This document shows, in pieces, positions 1 to 11,790 of a stretch of 64,000 nt of DNA (within the stretch, counting starts at the first letter, position 1; the number at the start of each line of letters is the position of its first letter). Under the pieces are notes generated by a model. It saw only the letters and a program-made list of their open reading frames with translations, searched no databases and was not told the origin of the DNA. The translations under genes were made by a program, and so were the position numbers. The DNA is from Octopus sinensis (Eukaryota), in the NCBI RefSeq assembly GCF_006345805.1, contig NC_043005.1:50592001-50656000 (forward strand), in the 5' to 3' direction.

Positions 1-67
1 AGGGAAGAAGAGACAGCGTGAGAGACAGAGAGAGACTAAGAGAAACGAAACGAGACGAAACATCCAT

Positions 68-200
<133 letters not shown>

Positions 201-901
201 CACCGTTGCCTCTGCCTCTATCACAACTACAGCTCATACTATTACTATCAACCAATATCATCACAACCGCCAATCTCATACCGCACTCACAGTCTCTATG
301 CCTACTATTACTCTCACCGCAAGATGAGGAATAGTAGAAATGTCATTTAATAGTGAGAGAGGGGTGTCAACGTGACACACTGACACACAGAAAATCGTTT
401 TGGCATTTATTATTATAGATGATGATATGATCACCAAACTCTTTGATCAAGAGTGATCTTGAGCTAAACAACGACAAACGATCACACGTAATACTTGATC
501 GTAATGTTTGATCGTTCAGCCAGGTCGAGATTATTCATAGTTTCGTTTATTTGGGGTCACCCATCTGCATCAACATATATACAAGAAGTGTAAAGGTAGT
601 GAACCTCATTATGAGGTAAGATTTTCTCCCATTTAAACGTGAATGTTCTATTAGAACAAATTACAGTGCGGCAGTTACCATGAGAGAGAATCTCATATTG
701 ACTTTTGTTGCAAGCCCCAAGACCTCCTGATCACGTGATTTCAACCTTCTTTCGTCTCGTCAGTGGTAGACGCTCGACCGTTAGAGATTGCAGCGAATCA
801 TCTCCCCCGCCAGCGATATATAGAAAAACAATGCCAGAGTAGGTGCTGGTATCGCGATTAGGCAGTGTGCTTGTTAAAAAATATATATCAGTGACGGACA
901 T

Positions 902-942
<41 letters not shown>

Positions 943-945
943 TAT

Positions 946-977
<32 letters not shown>
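902..977. repeat. Compound (GCA)n(GTA)n microsatellite
   Basis: Directly visible; explains the polyA/polyV ORF 843..1028. Confidence 0.95.
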
Positions 978-1482
978 CCGAGAAGTAATATTTATCCCCA
1001 GATAAACGTAGAACAAACTATAGTGTGAGAAAAACTTTTGTCTATATCGTTATCGAGAAGAAGAGTGTATTTTGCACCAAAAGCCAATATGTGAGTTTCT
1101 CTCATGGTATCTAGCGCAGTATAGTTTGTTCTAACACAACATCCGCATTTAAGGTGGGATAAATATTAACGCTCGTTAATATTACTACCACTGTTGCTAA
1201 TATATATATTATTATAAAGGCTTACTTATGATTTCTATCAAAAAGTTATACAGAGTCTTCATTGTGAAAATCCATTATTATTTCAAAACTGCTTTATTAT
1301 CGTCTCACGATGTTATTATTTTCAGGTTATTTTTTAAGGTTACACTATCTGAATTTACTTGAGTTATACTTAAACAATTCGCAGTCAATATGTTTACCAG
1401 TAAAATATTATGCTCATCACACAAATATTTGCTAACTTGAGACAACTGGGCCATATGCATATTATCATACGCACATACATAT

Positions 1483-1533
<51 letters not shown>

Positions 1534-1809
1534 ATATATATACATACGTGTGCATGTACCATGTCATATATACATATGAAGCATATGTGTATGTAGTGTG
1601 TGTGCGTGTGTCTGTGTGAGTGTGGATGGATGGATGCATATGATAAACGAGTACCCGCCACCGAAGAGATCCAATAAGATTGAAAGTTTGTGATATGGTA
1701 GTCTCGAAGCTAGAGTGGCGGGAGTTATCTCTCTTTGTAATAAATATCAAATGCGCAAAGCGTGCTGAATAAACCACCTGGAAGATATGTCTTCCTGGAG
1801 CTAAGTATT

Positions 1810-2180
1810 GGCGCAAGCGTGGCTTGCTTCTCAACCACATGTTTTCGGGTTCAGTCTCATTGCGTGACAACTTGGGCAAGTGTCTTCTACAATAGCCTCG
1901 GGCCGACCAAAGCCTTGTGAGTGGATTTGGTAGACAGAAACTGAAAGATGCCCGTCGTATGTGTGTATCTGTGTGTTTGACCTACGACCACAGCTTGATA
2001 ACTGCTACTGGTGTGTACGTGTCTCCCTTATCTAGAGGTTCGGCAAATGAGACCGAGAGAATAAGCACTATGCTTAAAAGCTAGTAAGTACTGAGGTAGA
2101 TTCATTCGACTAAAAATTCAAGGCAGTGCCACAGTATGGCCATAGTCTTAAGACTGAAACAAGTAAAAGAATAAAAGAAT
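1810..2180 (+). mobile_element. tRNA-derived SINE, family B (CORE-like body, internal TA/TG tract)
   Basis: Head with B-box-like gggttcagtctc, body cttgggcaagtgtcttctacaatagcctcgggccgaccaaagccttgtgagtggatttggtagacagaaactgaaag, and tail gactgaaacaagtaaaaga. More than 12 related copies occur in this window. Confidence 0.9.
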
Positions 2181-2406
2181 ACTTACACACACACACACAC
2201 ACGCATATACATACATACAGATAGACAGACACATACATACTTACTACATATATATATATGCATACATGATGGCTGCCCCCTCGTTATCGAGTATGGCCAT
2301 TGCACGAAGCTTAACCGTTACTGGTGCTGTGATTGAATGTGACTTTTTAGCCCAGCTAAAGATCTAAAATGATTTGTACAGAATTGGCAACTAAAACTTT
2401 AGCCGG

Positions 2407-2640
2407 TACATACATACATACATACATACATACATACATACATACATACATACACATACATGCATACATATATACATACATACATACATATATACATACA
2501 TACATACATACAAATATACATACATACATACATACATACATACATACATACATACATACATACACAATACATACATACACAATACATGCATACATACATA
2601 CATACATACATACATACATACATACATACATACATACACA
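2407..2640. repeat. (TACA)n microsatellite
   Basis: Directly visible; source of the HTYI/MYVC ORFs. Confidence 0.97.
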
Positions 2641-3385
2641 AACAATACGTAAATGGGGACGTGTGAAATCCAAGCGATAATCCTACCCAGCGCTCATGTA
2701 AACTCCAGAGTAACAGAATATGTAGAAAGGAGAAACAATCCCGCTAATACAGAATATTGCACACAAATTGAAAATCTGTGACCTGTCCATCGATCGCAGA
2801 TTAAATAATGAAACAAATAAAAGAATGAAGATATTGGTAGCACATGTATTATCTATCTACGATCGTTTCTATAGCAAGGAGATAGATAAATCATTTATCT
2901 TACATGAACAATGATTATTCAAGATCATGCGATATCGAAGGAAATCCAACCGTATTATTTCAGCACGACCTCGAAACGGTGTATTAAATTACAAACAGAT
3001 GAACATGGTCATAAATACAGGTTTGGCGGAGACGAAGAATACTGACATGCCTAGGAAAAGGCACGAAGGTAAAGGAATTAAGAACATACACACGCGCACG
3101 CACAATGGAGATTTAGGGAATCAAATAGATCTTGCATTAAGCAGTCCTCAGCGTGTCCAGCTATCAGGGAAGACTAATTAAGTTTCGGGTGTAAATTCAA
3201 CGTTACCACTCACCTGAAAATCCAAGAGAGGTAAGGAGCAAAAAGTGTTTATTCCGTATGACTATAGCTGTTTCGTGATACAGATTCAGTTACATCAGTG
3301 ACTCTAGTTTAAATTTTTAAATTTCCATACCAATTGTATACTTTCACAAATATTTTAGATACATAGATGCATACATACATACATG

Positions 3386-3425
<40 letters not shown>

Positions 3426-4562
3426 TACATACAACTGTAGAGAACTGAATAGAGCTATCTTTCAAATAATTTTCCGTTTTTATATATTTAATCGTGACTC
3501 ACAAAGCGAAATCATCTCAGCTATATGGAAAATATTTCTTTGAAAATAAAGCACCGGTTTAGATTTCAAAAAACAGTCGTTGTAAAGGAACATAATTATA
3601 TTAAGAGGACATCAAAAATACACATCAACACATCAAAACGTCAAAACATCAAAAAGAAACGAAAATATAAATATCTATGAATGTAAAACAGCTGTAAAAT
3701 TTTCAAAAAGTAACGGGTGTCATTAGAAAAAAAAATTAGTGTAACAGTTGTAACCCCCAAAGATAAGTATCACAGACATACCCTAAATTACTTAGTTGCA
3801 ATAGATCATATAGATGAAACTTTAAATGTGATCTAAATATATTTATTACTTGAATATATCAAGATATCTACTTCAGGTAGATAGACTATATGTTAAAGGC
3901 TTATACGAAACAATGAATTTCTCTCATAAAAAAGTGAAACCGGTTTGTAATTATCTACATTGGAGTATTTGATCATGTATTTTTGTAACTATGGGCTTTG
4001 TAGTGTTTAATAACATATTCTGAAATGATATTAATGTAAACATGTATTTTCGTAGACATAATCTTGAAATCATTTGATTGTAGTAACGTATTTTGGATAT
4101 GATAATATATTTTGGAATATGTAACCATGTATTCTGAATTTATTTGATTATGATAATCTGTTTTTCAGTGCATATTATTATATTTTGAAATTATTTTGAA
4201 ACTATTTTGGCTGTAAAAAATATTTTGAAATTATTTGGCTGTAAAAATATACTTTGGTGTTTATTAACTGCAATGTAAAATAGTATAGTGCATTTTCTTA
4301 TTATCACTTTTCCATATCTCTCGATTGGTATTAGATATTTTTTTTAGATATTTTTAGCATTATATATATATATAATATTATAATGTTAAATATATGTACT
4401 ACTCTGTAAAAGCATAGCAAACATATCATCTGAAACTGAGTAATACAACCTTGGTTTCAGAAATTTGACTGGTGATGGACTTCGACTTCGGCATTCGACT
4501 TCAGATTACCTGGAGTACAATACCGATCACAAGATTTTTTGTTAGCTTGGTGTATCTTATCT

Positions 4563-4606
<44 letters not shown>

Positions 4607-4714
4607 ATATATACATATATATATATATATGTATGAGGTTACTCTGAAGAATCTCTGAAGTACTATTACTCAAGAGGGTATGTAACTCGAAGATCTAGGT
4701 CGAGCCGTTACTTC

Positions 4715-4985
4715 TCCTCATTGAGAGATCACAGCTCCAGTACGATGGACAAGTGAATAGAATGTTGCAGGGAAAAAATCGCAAGACGGATTTTTCAATC
4801 CGAGCTATCCATCAGGAGATCTAGGAGTAGACCGAGAATGAGATGGTCAGATAATACTCGCTGGTCAAACTTGGAAATCCAGCCGGAAAATCTAATGACG
4901 GTTATTTCTGATAGGACAGTATGGAGGAAGTGCCCGTACTCTCATGATCTTCTCAGGAATAGAGAGCGGAGAAGATGGGTGGATC
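4715..4985 (+). mobile_element. RTE-clade LINE 3' remnant (pseudogenised ORF C-terminus)
   Basis: Translates across a frameshift as IERSQLQYDGQVNRM..IARRIFQ..RSRSRPRMRWSDN..VISDRTVWR. This matches the RTE C-terminal pattern (QL.Y.GH..R, RGRPR.RW.D.I, DR..WR). Confidence 0.75.
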
Positions 4986-5365
4986 TTACTAAATATACTG
5001 TAGGGACTCATAAATGTAATAGAGCCAGCTGAAAATCACTGATCAACTGACATTACCAAAGTTATTTCTCGGAAAACCCTTCTAATAATGTTCATTTTGT
5101 TTCTAACGCTTTCACATTTGTAATACTGTAATACTGATCCGCAGAAATAGCTGTATAGTTAAGGAGCTAGCTTTGCAATGATGTGGTTTCAGGCTCAATC
5201 TCACTGCGCGTCTCCTTGGGCAGCAATCTTCTACAATAAGATGTGGGCTGCTCTATAACTTGTGAGTGAATTTCGAAGGCAGAAACTGCGTAAAAGTCCG
5301 TCGCATGTATATACATATACATATATATATATATATAATATAATATATATATATATATATATATT

Positions 5366-5669
5366 GGTAAAACGGTAAGATAACAAAAGAAAGGAAGAGA
5401 CCTCAATATTATGTAAATAGAGGAAATTTATCTATACAATAATATGTTACATTACTCGATAGTCAAGATAAAACTCTGAGTTTCAGATGCCGAAGTGGAA
5501 ATCCACAACACCATCTCTTCGGTTATCTGGCTATTTGAAAATGCTATGAAAAAATGTTTTCATAGCGTTTTCAAATAGCCAGGTAACCGAAGAGATGGTG
5601 TTGTGGATTTCCACTTCGGCATCTGAAACTCAGAGTTTTATCTTGACTATCGAGTAATGTAACATATTA
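5366..5669. mobile_element. Foldback element: 113-bp inverted arms (5440-5552 / 5557-5669), each with a hammerhead-like motif; probable Penelope-like pseudo-LTR inversion
   Basis: Arms are exact reverse complements except at 2 positions, with a 4-nt loop (aatg). The right arm reads stem I - CCGAAGA - stem II - GAAA - stem III - GTT - stem I'. The inverted repeat is certain; the Penelope origin is inference. Confidence 0.8.
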
Positions 5670-5748
<79 letters not shown>

Positions 5749-5817
5749 ATATATATGCATATATACAACATATATGTACGTACCTACGTATATATGTATA
5801 TATACATGCATATATGG

Positions 5818-5955
5818 GTACAGGACCTCAAACGAACGTTGAACACAATGAAAAACGAAAACATAAAAACATAGAAACGAGACATACAACATAAAGAATA
5901 TTCCCCTTTTTCAGTTGTCCCTGTTTCATCTACTCCGCGTTCGAAGGTAAGGACA
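5818..5955 (-). mobile_element. Dispersed repeat related to 22150-22360 and 30950-31095 (Penelope-like terminal sequence)
   Basis: The reverse complement aligns by eye with 22180-22360 (ccttcgaaac..gagt..agggaca.ctga..aggggaa). Confidence 0.6.
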
Positions 5956-6393
5956 TATATATATGCATGTATATAATGTGTATGTTTGCGTTTGGGTTTG
6001 TACTCCTCCACCACTCGACAGCTGGTGTTGGTTTGCTTACGTCCCCGCAACTCAGTGGTTCAGTAAACAGAACCAATTGAATAAGTGCCAGGTTAAAAAA
6101 ATGTATTGCTATCGGACGATTTGCTCTACAGAACCATTCAAGGCGATGCCCTACTAAAGCCGTCGTCCAGCAACTGAAACGAGTAAATGATTAAGCATAA
6201 AGATAAAATGCCAATGAATCTCTTTTTAAATCTCTTTGTGTTTAAAGACCTTAGGATATGATATCGCTGTTCAATTACCACAGGACTGATTTTGAAGATT
6301 ATTCTGTGAAAATCGAGAGTAAACGAGACAAACACCATAACAATAACTATAAATTGAAAATTTTACTTTCGTACGTTGAGGTTACGAATATTA

Positions 6394-6830
6394 GATGAGC
6401 TTAGAATCGTTAGCATGCCGGGTAAAATGCTTAACGGTGTTGCTTCTGACTTTCTGAGCGAAATGCGTAGCCGTATTTCGTCTGCCGCTACGTTCTGAGT
6501 TCAAATTCCGCCGAGGTCGACTTTGCCTTTCATCCTTTCGGGGTCGATTAAATAAGTACCAGTTAAGCACTGGGCTCGATGTAATCGATTTGACCCGTTT
6601 GTCTGTCCTTGTTTGTCTCCTCTGTGTTTAGCCCCTTGTGGGTAATAAAGAAATAGGTGTTTCTTTCGTTTTGATGTTCTCAGTTCAAATTCCGCCGAGA
6701 TCGACCTTGCCTTTCATCCTTTCGGGCTCTATAAGAGAAGTACTAGTTGAGCCCTGGGGTCAGTGTATTCGATTTGCTCTTCCTCCGAAATATCTGGTAT
6801 TGTGTCAAAATTTGAGATTAATACTAGATT
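6394..6830 (+). mobile_element. tRNA-derived SINE, family A (Meta/MESC-like body), dimeric
   Basis: B-box gagttcaaattcc, body gaggtcgactttgcctttcatcctttcggggtcgat, and tail ccttgtgggtaataaagaaatagg, followed by a second degenerate unit. The domain name is from recollection of MetaSINE consensus and needs an alignment. Confidence 0.88.
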
Positions 6831-7749
6831 AGCTTCTTTCCAGTTTGCTTTGAAGCAGATTAGCGAACAGATTAAAAATGCAGATAAGAAATTTTCATCA
6901 TTCATTTCATTAGCTGATTCGGTAAATCGCTAGAAGAATTGCTGTGTGTAACCAAAGTCGGTCCCCGACTGATCCAACCCATAACCTAAAGATATTTTAC
7001 ATGTGACAACCATGCTTTTAAAAACTTTTTGGAGCCATAGTTTATTTGGATTGTATTATCCAATGTATCCATCCATTTTGTAAGACGTTGCGATTTGATT
7101 TTATGGAAATTTGGCTGCTTTTTCCAGTCGTTCGAGGCATCATATCAAGGATGTATCATTGGTTCGTATATCTTCAAATTACAACGCTTGGAGTAGTAGG
7201 ACGCTATGCAGCAATTTAGTGAAATCTGCTTCAATTTTGCAATGCTGCTGGTGCGTGTAACAGTGACAAGTTGTTTTCCGTTGTTTTGGTGTCCCTTTTC
7301 GCTAATTACTTCAAATACTGTCGGGGTCGACTTTGCTCTTCTTGCTTCTAGGGCTTCAATAAATTCAGTTACCGGCTATATACTGTGGTCAAAATCATAG
7401 ACTGTAATCCTATCTGTATCATTTTGCATGACCGCCCATCCTAAAGACACTAAAATGTAATTTGGTGGAGATTTGGCTGTCTCAAGCAGTTAAAGCTCTA
7501 CCATCCGCTTCTACCATTCCTAGTAATATCGACACCACAACCCAGCAGAAACATTTTTCAATTTTACAAAGCTTCCACAGCTTACAGCATTGAGTTATTC
7601 CTACTTTGTCGAACCTACTTCTAAATGAACTATTTAGAAAAATAATATCATATGGGCCAGGAGATTGGTTAGTCAACAATCAACCAGCATACTTTACAGT
7701 ATTGTTTCAACCAGGGAATATGCCTCTATTACAGAGTGGGAACGCTAAG

Positions 7750-7957
7750 CAGTGATGTGTATAAATGCAATGACATGACCAGTTCAAATACGCTTGTAGC
7801 ACGTTCGAAACCGTAAAGAAGCCATTTGTTGTGCTGTGTTTTGTCGGCGTCTACAGCAAGAAATTTTACTCCATGACAAAACATAGTGAATAGGTTGCTC
7901 ACGGATTCAAACGTGCCACAAGCATATTTGAACTGGCAATAACATTGCATATCACTA
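7750..7957. mobile_element. Degenerate foldback element (MITE-like)
   Basis: tgcaatgacatgaccagttcaaatacgcttgtagcacgttcgaaaccgt (7766-) pairs with acggattcaaacgtgccacaagcatatttgaactggcaataacattgca (-7949). The inner pair ctgtgttttgtc/gacaaaacatag also matches. Confidence 0.75.
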
Positions 7958-8316
7958 TGATCTGTATCGAAATACAGTTTCAAACACCTCAACGAGTTGA
8001 ATATCTAACTATGGAACAATATGGCTGATGTTATATGTCATCGAGCCAAGATATTTAACTATCAATCGTATCGAAAAATAATCTCAACAATTGGCTCAGG
8101 GGATAGGATATCTATGACTATTGGTGCTGGAACGCATTTCGTGCCAAAATACATAACTCTAAAGTGGATTGGCCAAATAACTGTCAATATGTTTAGGAAC
8201 CGCCTTAAATTACAGGAGTATGGTGACATTGAAGCATGTTTCGTTGACTTGTGGTAGTGGTCCTAAGTATGGTAATAGTCACAAGTGGTACGCAAATTAT
8301 TAATGACGAAAAAATG

Positions 8317-8903
8317 TGGCAGGCTGGCAGAATCGTTAGCACGCCGGGCGAAATGCGTAGCCGTATTTCGTCTGCCGTTACGTTCTGAGTTCAAATTCCG
8401 CCGAGGTCGACTTTGCCTTTCACCCTTTCGGGATCGATAAATTAAGTACCAATTACGCACTGGGGTCGATGTAATCGACTTAATCCGTTTGTCTGTCCTT
8501 GTTTGTCCTCTCTGTGTTTAGCCCCTTGTGGGTAGTAAAGAAATAGGTATTTCGTCTGCCGCTACGTTCTGAGTTCAAATTCCGCCGAGGTCGACTTTGC
8601 CTTTCATACTTTCGGGGTCGATAAAATAAGTACCAGTTACGCACTGGGGTCGATCTAATCGACTTAATCCGTTTGTCTCTCCTTGTTTGTCCTTTCTGTG
8701 TTTAGCCCCTTGTGGGTAGTAAAGAAATAGGTATTTCTTAGTTTTACATTCTATGTAAAGTTTAAATTCCGGCTAGGTCGACTTTGCTTTTCATCCATTT
8801 CGGGGCCTATAAAGTAAATACCAGTTGAACACTGGGGTCGATGTAATTGATTAGACTCCTCCCCGAAAATTTCAGGCCTTGTTCCTATATTAGAAGGATT
8901 ATT
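8317..8903 (+). mobile_element. SINE family A multimer: one head plus 184-bp tandem units
   Basis: gtatttc unit starts at 8363, 8547 and 8731 (period 184). A single A-box head (tggcagaatcgttagc) lies at the 5' end. Confidence 0.92.
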
Positions 8904-9257
8904 AACGAGGAAAGATATCATTTATGATATTTTTACAGGGTCTCTGTGAATAACAGACGAAAAGGAAGGCAAAACCACAGCTCGTGGGGGTTTTAGAAGT
9001 AAAAAGCAACAAGTGCAAGAACGATTTCATCGATGGGTTTTCCTCCTCAGGTTCCCGCTATCATATTTCATTCATAAATTCTTAGTCCATCGGGATACTT
9101 GCCGAAAACGAGGTGTCGGGCTGAGATTGAACGTGAGACTAGGTAACTGGAAATTGGACTTAAGCATTTGACAATACCTGCATGACTGAAGGTGCATATA
9201 CTACAACAACATTCCTTCTCTCATTTTCCTTCTCTCTCTCTCCCTCTGACCCCTACT

Positions 9258-9301
<44 letters not shown>

Positions 9302-9659
9302 ACCTCATGCACACATGTAAACATACACTCACACTCACATCATACTCACACGAACCTACATATGCACACATGTATATTCACACATATTTATACCGGAAAC
9401 ATGAATATTTATGCTTGAGCATAATGTATGCGACTAGCATATGTGATGTGAAGTATTTGTTGCGTGTATGTGTGTGTGTGTGTGTGTGTGTCTGTGTGTG
9501 TGTGTGTGCATGTGTGTGTATGTGCGTGTCTCTGAATGCACGCCTGTGTGTGTGTACGTGTTTGTACATCCTTAATGATATGCTAATATGCAGAGATGAG
9601 TGTAAGTGCAGTTGAATGGACAAACGGGATCAATATAGTGATATAGGTAGAAATGAAAG

Positions 9660-9896
9660 CGGAAACGCTGACAGAAAGAAATAAAAGGGGAAGGAAAAAA
9701 GAGAGGAAAGTGAGCGAGTAAATGTGCGCGTGTGGAAGCTGGGAAGGCAAGGAGGGAGGGAGGGAGGGAGAAATATGGCGAGTGAGAATGATCTAAAGGA
9801 GGGAGAAGAAATAAGAGATTAAAGAATGGAAAAAAAAACTCATGGAAATTATAAATGAACGGAGAGATAGAGACTGAAAAAGAGAGAGAGAGAGAC

Positions 9897-9927
<31 letters not shown>

Positions 9928-10311
9928 CTGAAAGAGAGAGAGAGAGGGAGGGAGAGAGAGAGAAAGAGATAGTTAGGGAGGGAGAGAGGGGGAAAGAGAG
10001 AAAGAAAGAGAGAGAGAGAATGAAAGATGCTTAGGTCAATAGAGAGAAAACTAAAGAAATCAATAGAGAGAAAGATGAACAATCGGGAAAGAGAGAGAGG
10101 TTAACAGTAAGAAGAAAGAAAGATGTAGAGAGATTAACAATTAATTAGAAATGTTTTCTGGAGAGAAATAGAGAGTGGGTGAGAGATAGAGAATGAGAGA
10201 AAGAGTGAAAACTAATTAATGAGTAAGAGAGAGAGACAGAGACAGACAGAGAAAGAGAAAGTAAGAAAGAGAATAGACAGAGATGAAGAGAAAAGACAAA
10301 GATAGACAGAC

Positions 10312-10366
<55 letters not shown>

Positions 10367-10412
10367 CAGACAGACGGACGGACGGACGGACGGACGGACG
10401 GACGGACGGACG

Positions 10413-10450
<38 letters not shown>

Positions 10451-10460
10451 TAGATAGATC

Positions 10461-10499
<39 letters not shown>

Positions 10500-10566
10500 C
10501 GATATGGATGGATGGATGGAGAGAGAGAGAGGGGGGAAGGAGGGAGAGAGAGAGTGAGAGAGAGAT

Positions 10567-10620
<54 letters not shown>

Positions 10621-10710
10621 ACAGGGCATAGAGAAAAAGATTTCTCCAGTTAAACCCGAAATAGAAAAAAGATAGATAGACTGACACAAAGATAGCGGGA
10701 AAGAAAGAGA
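9660..10710. repeat. Purine-rich (GA)n block with nested (GATA)n(GACG)n(GACA)n(GATA)n
   Basis: Directly visible; explains ORFs 9849..10082, 10145..10687 and 10216..10689. Confidence 0.95.
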
Positions 10711-11149
10711 GATAGAGTTTGTGCGTGTTTATGTGTTTAAGAAAGGGAAATAGAAAGAGAGAAATAGAGGAAGAATCAGTTTGAAGTAGTTGTTCTTTCT
10801 TTTGGCGAAGACTGTCTTCGTAAAGTATATACTAAACTTTGTCGTCGTCATCGTCGTCGTCGTCGTCGTTGTTTAACCATAGGTCAGCCATGATCTAACA
10901 GATGACCGACCGACTATGAAAGCATTCTAGCCGTGACTGCCTTTTTTTTTTTTTAAATTCTAATTGCAAGGAATCCAGTACTACATTACTCAACAAGTCC
11001 TTATCTAAGACGGATTAAAGGTGATTTGACTGTTATTTCTAGCAATAGCAACGACAACAATAACCTAATGATCAAGTCGAAACTGGTGGTCTTGCTTGGT
11101 GACATTAACCGTTAGCGACACTATGTCATTATGGATGACATAACTGTGA

Positions 11150-11790
11150 CAACGATGATATCATAGATACCGTAATTATGACAATGATGATATCATGAGA
11201 GGAAGGGAGACATCGGGTGACATAATAGATGACGTAATCACGTCAGCGGTGACATCGTGGATGATGTCATATGGTCATTAGTGTCAACAGTGATAACGTA
11301 TTCTGGATAAAAGTGATGTCATCGATAACGTCACGCAAATGATGTAATATGGTTAGTTTTCGTCATGTAAATGACGTCATTGCTGTAAGGTTGTACAAGC
11401 CGTACATGTTGACATTCTCAGTGACAATATGTTGTTATAGACCCGCCGTTGTCATGACCCTTCATAATTGACAACGCTATTGGGTACTTATTCGATTGAC
11501 AATTTTAGTTGACCTTTAGTTGACGGTAGCATTATATATCATCATATATTCCCTTGGGTAATGTTACGTTATATTTGTGTCATATACGTTATATTGTGTC
11601 ATATAATATCATTGGTAGTTTGTTTACCTTATAGTCCATTTCATATCGTCCGTCGTAAAGAAATTATCACAATCTTAAGGTTAACCCCCAAAAGTTTTCT
11701 TAACCCTGACGTCATAGTTGTGTTGTTGACGTCATAGTTGACGTTGTCTACAATGACGTCAATAAAGTTTACTTACGTCGTCGCGTAGTG
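11150..11790. promoter_or_regulatory. Homotypic cluster of CRE/ATF-type sites (candidate enhancer, or a cryptic TGAC/GTCA minisatellite)
   Basis: Perfect TGACGTCA at 11372, 11707, 11727 and 11754. Many near-matches (TGACGTAA 11230, TCACGTCA, TGATGTCA x2, TAACGTCA, TGATATCA x2) occur in unusually CpG-rich sequence. Confidence 0.45.

Larger units (their letters stand above)
5165..6200 (+). mobile_element. SINE family B copy split by nested insertions in its internal microsatellite
   Basis: The 5' half lies at about 5165-5300 and the 3' half (cgtccccgcaactcagtggttcagtaaacaga...gcaactgaaacgagtaaa) at about 5980-6200. Between them are (TA)n tracts and two Penelope-type pieces. Confidence 0.75.

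Noticed and set aside
539-614. Possible 75-nt open exon ending at GAG|GTAAGA
   Set aside because: The acceptor lacks a pyrimidine tract and the peptide (FRLFGVTHLHQHIYKKCKGSEPHYE) is unrecognised.
810-823. 14-mer ccagcgatatatag shared with 34541-34554
   Set aside because: Matches of this length are expected by chance in 64 kb, and the flanks do not extend the alignment.
2927-3181. 84-aa ORF in unique sequence
   Set aside because: No motif, no splice support and no associated promoter signal.
3255-3305. Minus-strand CTGATG...cacGAAACagct resembling a hammerhead
   Set aside because: Stems I and II cannot be formed; at most a very decayed remnant.
8363-8731. Regularly spaced repeats superficially like a CRISPR array (also 28.5-29.2 kb and 56.4-56.8 kb)
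   Set aside because: Whole units are duplicated with no unique spacers, the context is eukaryotic, there are no cas genes, and the units are SINE bodies or a minisatellite.
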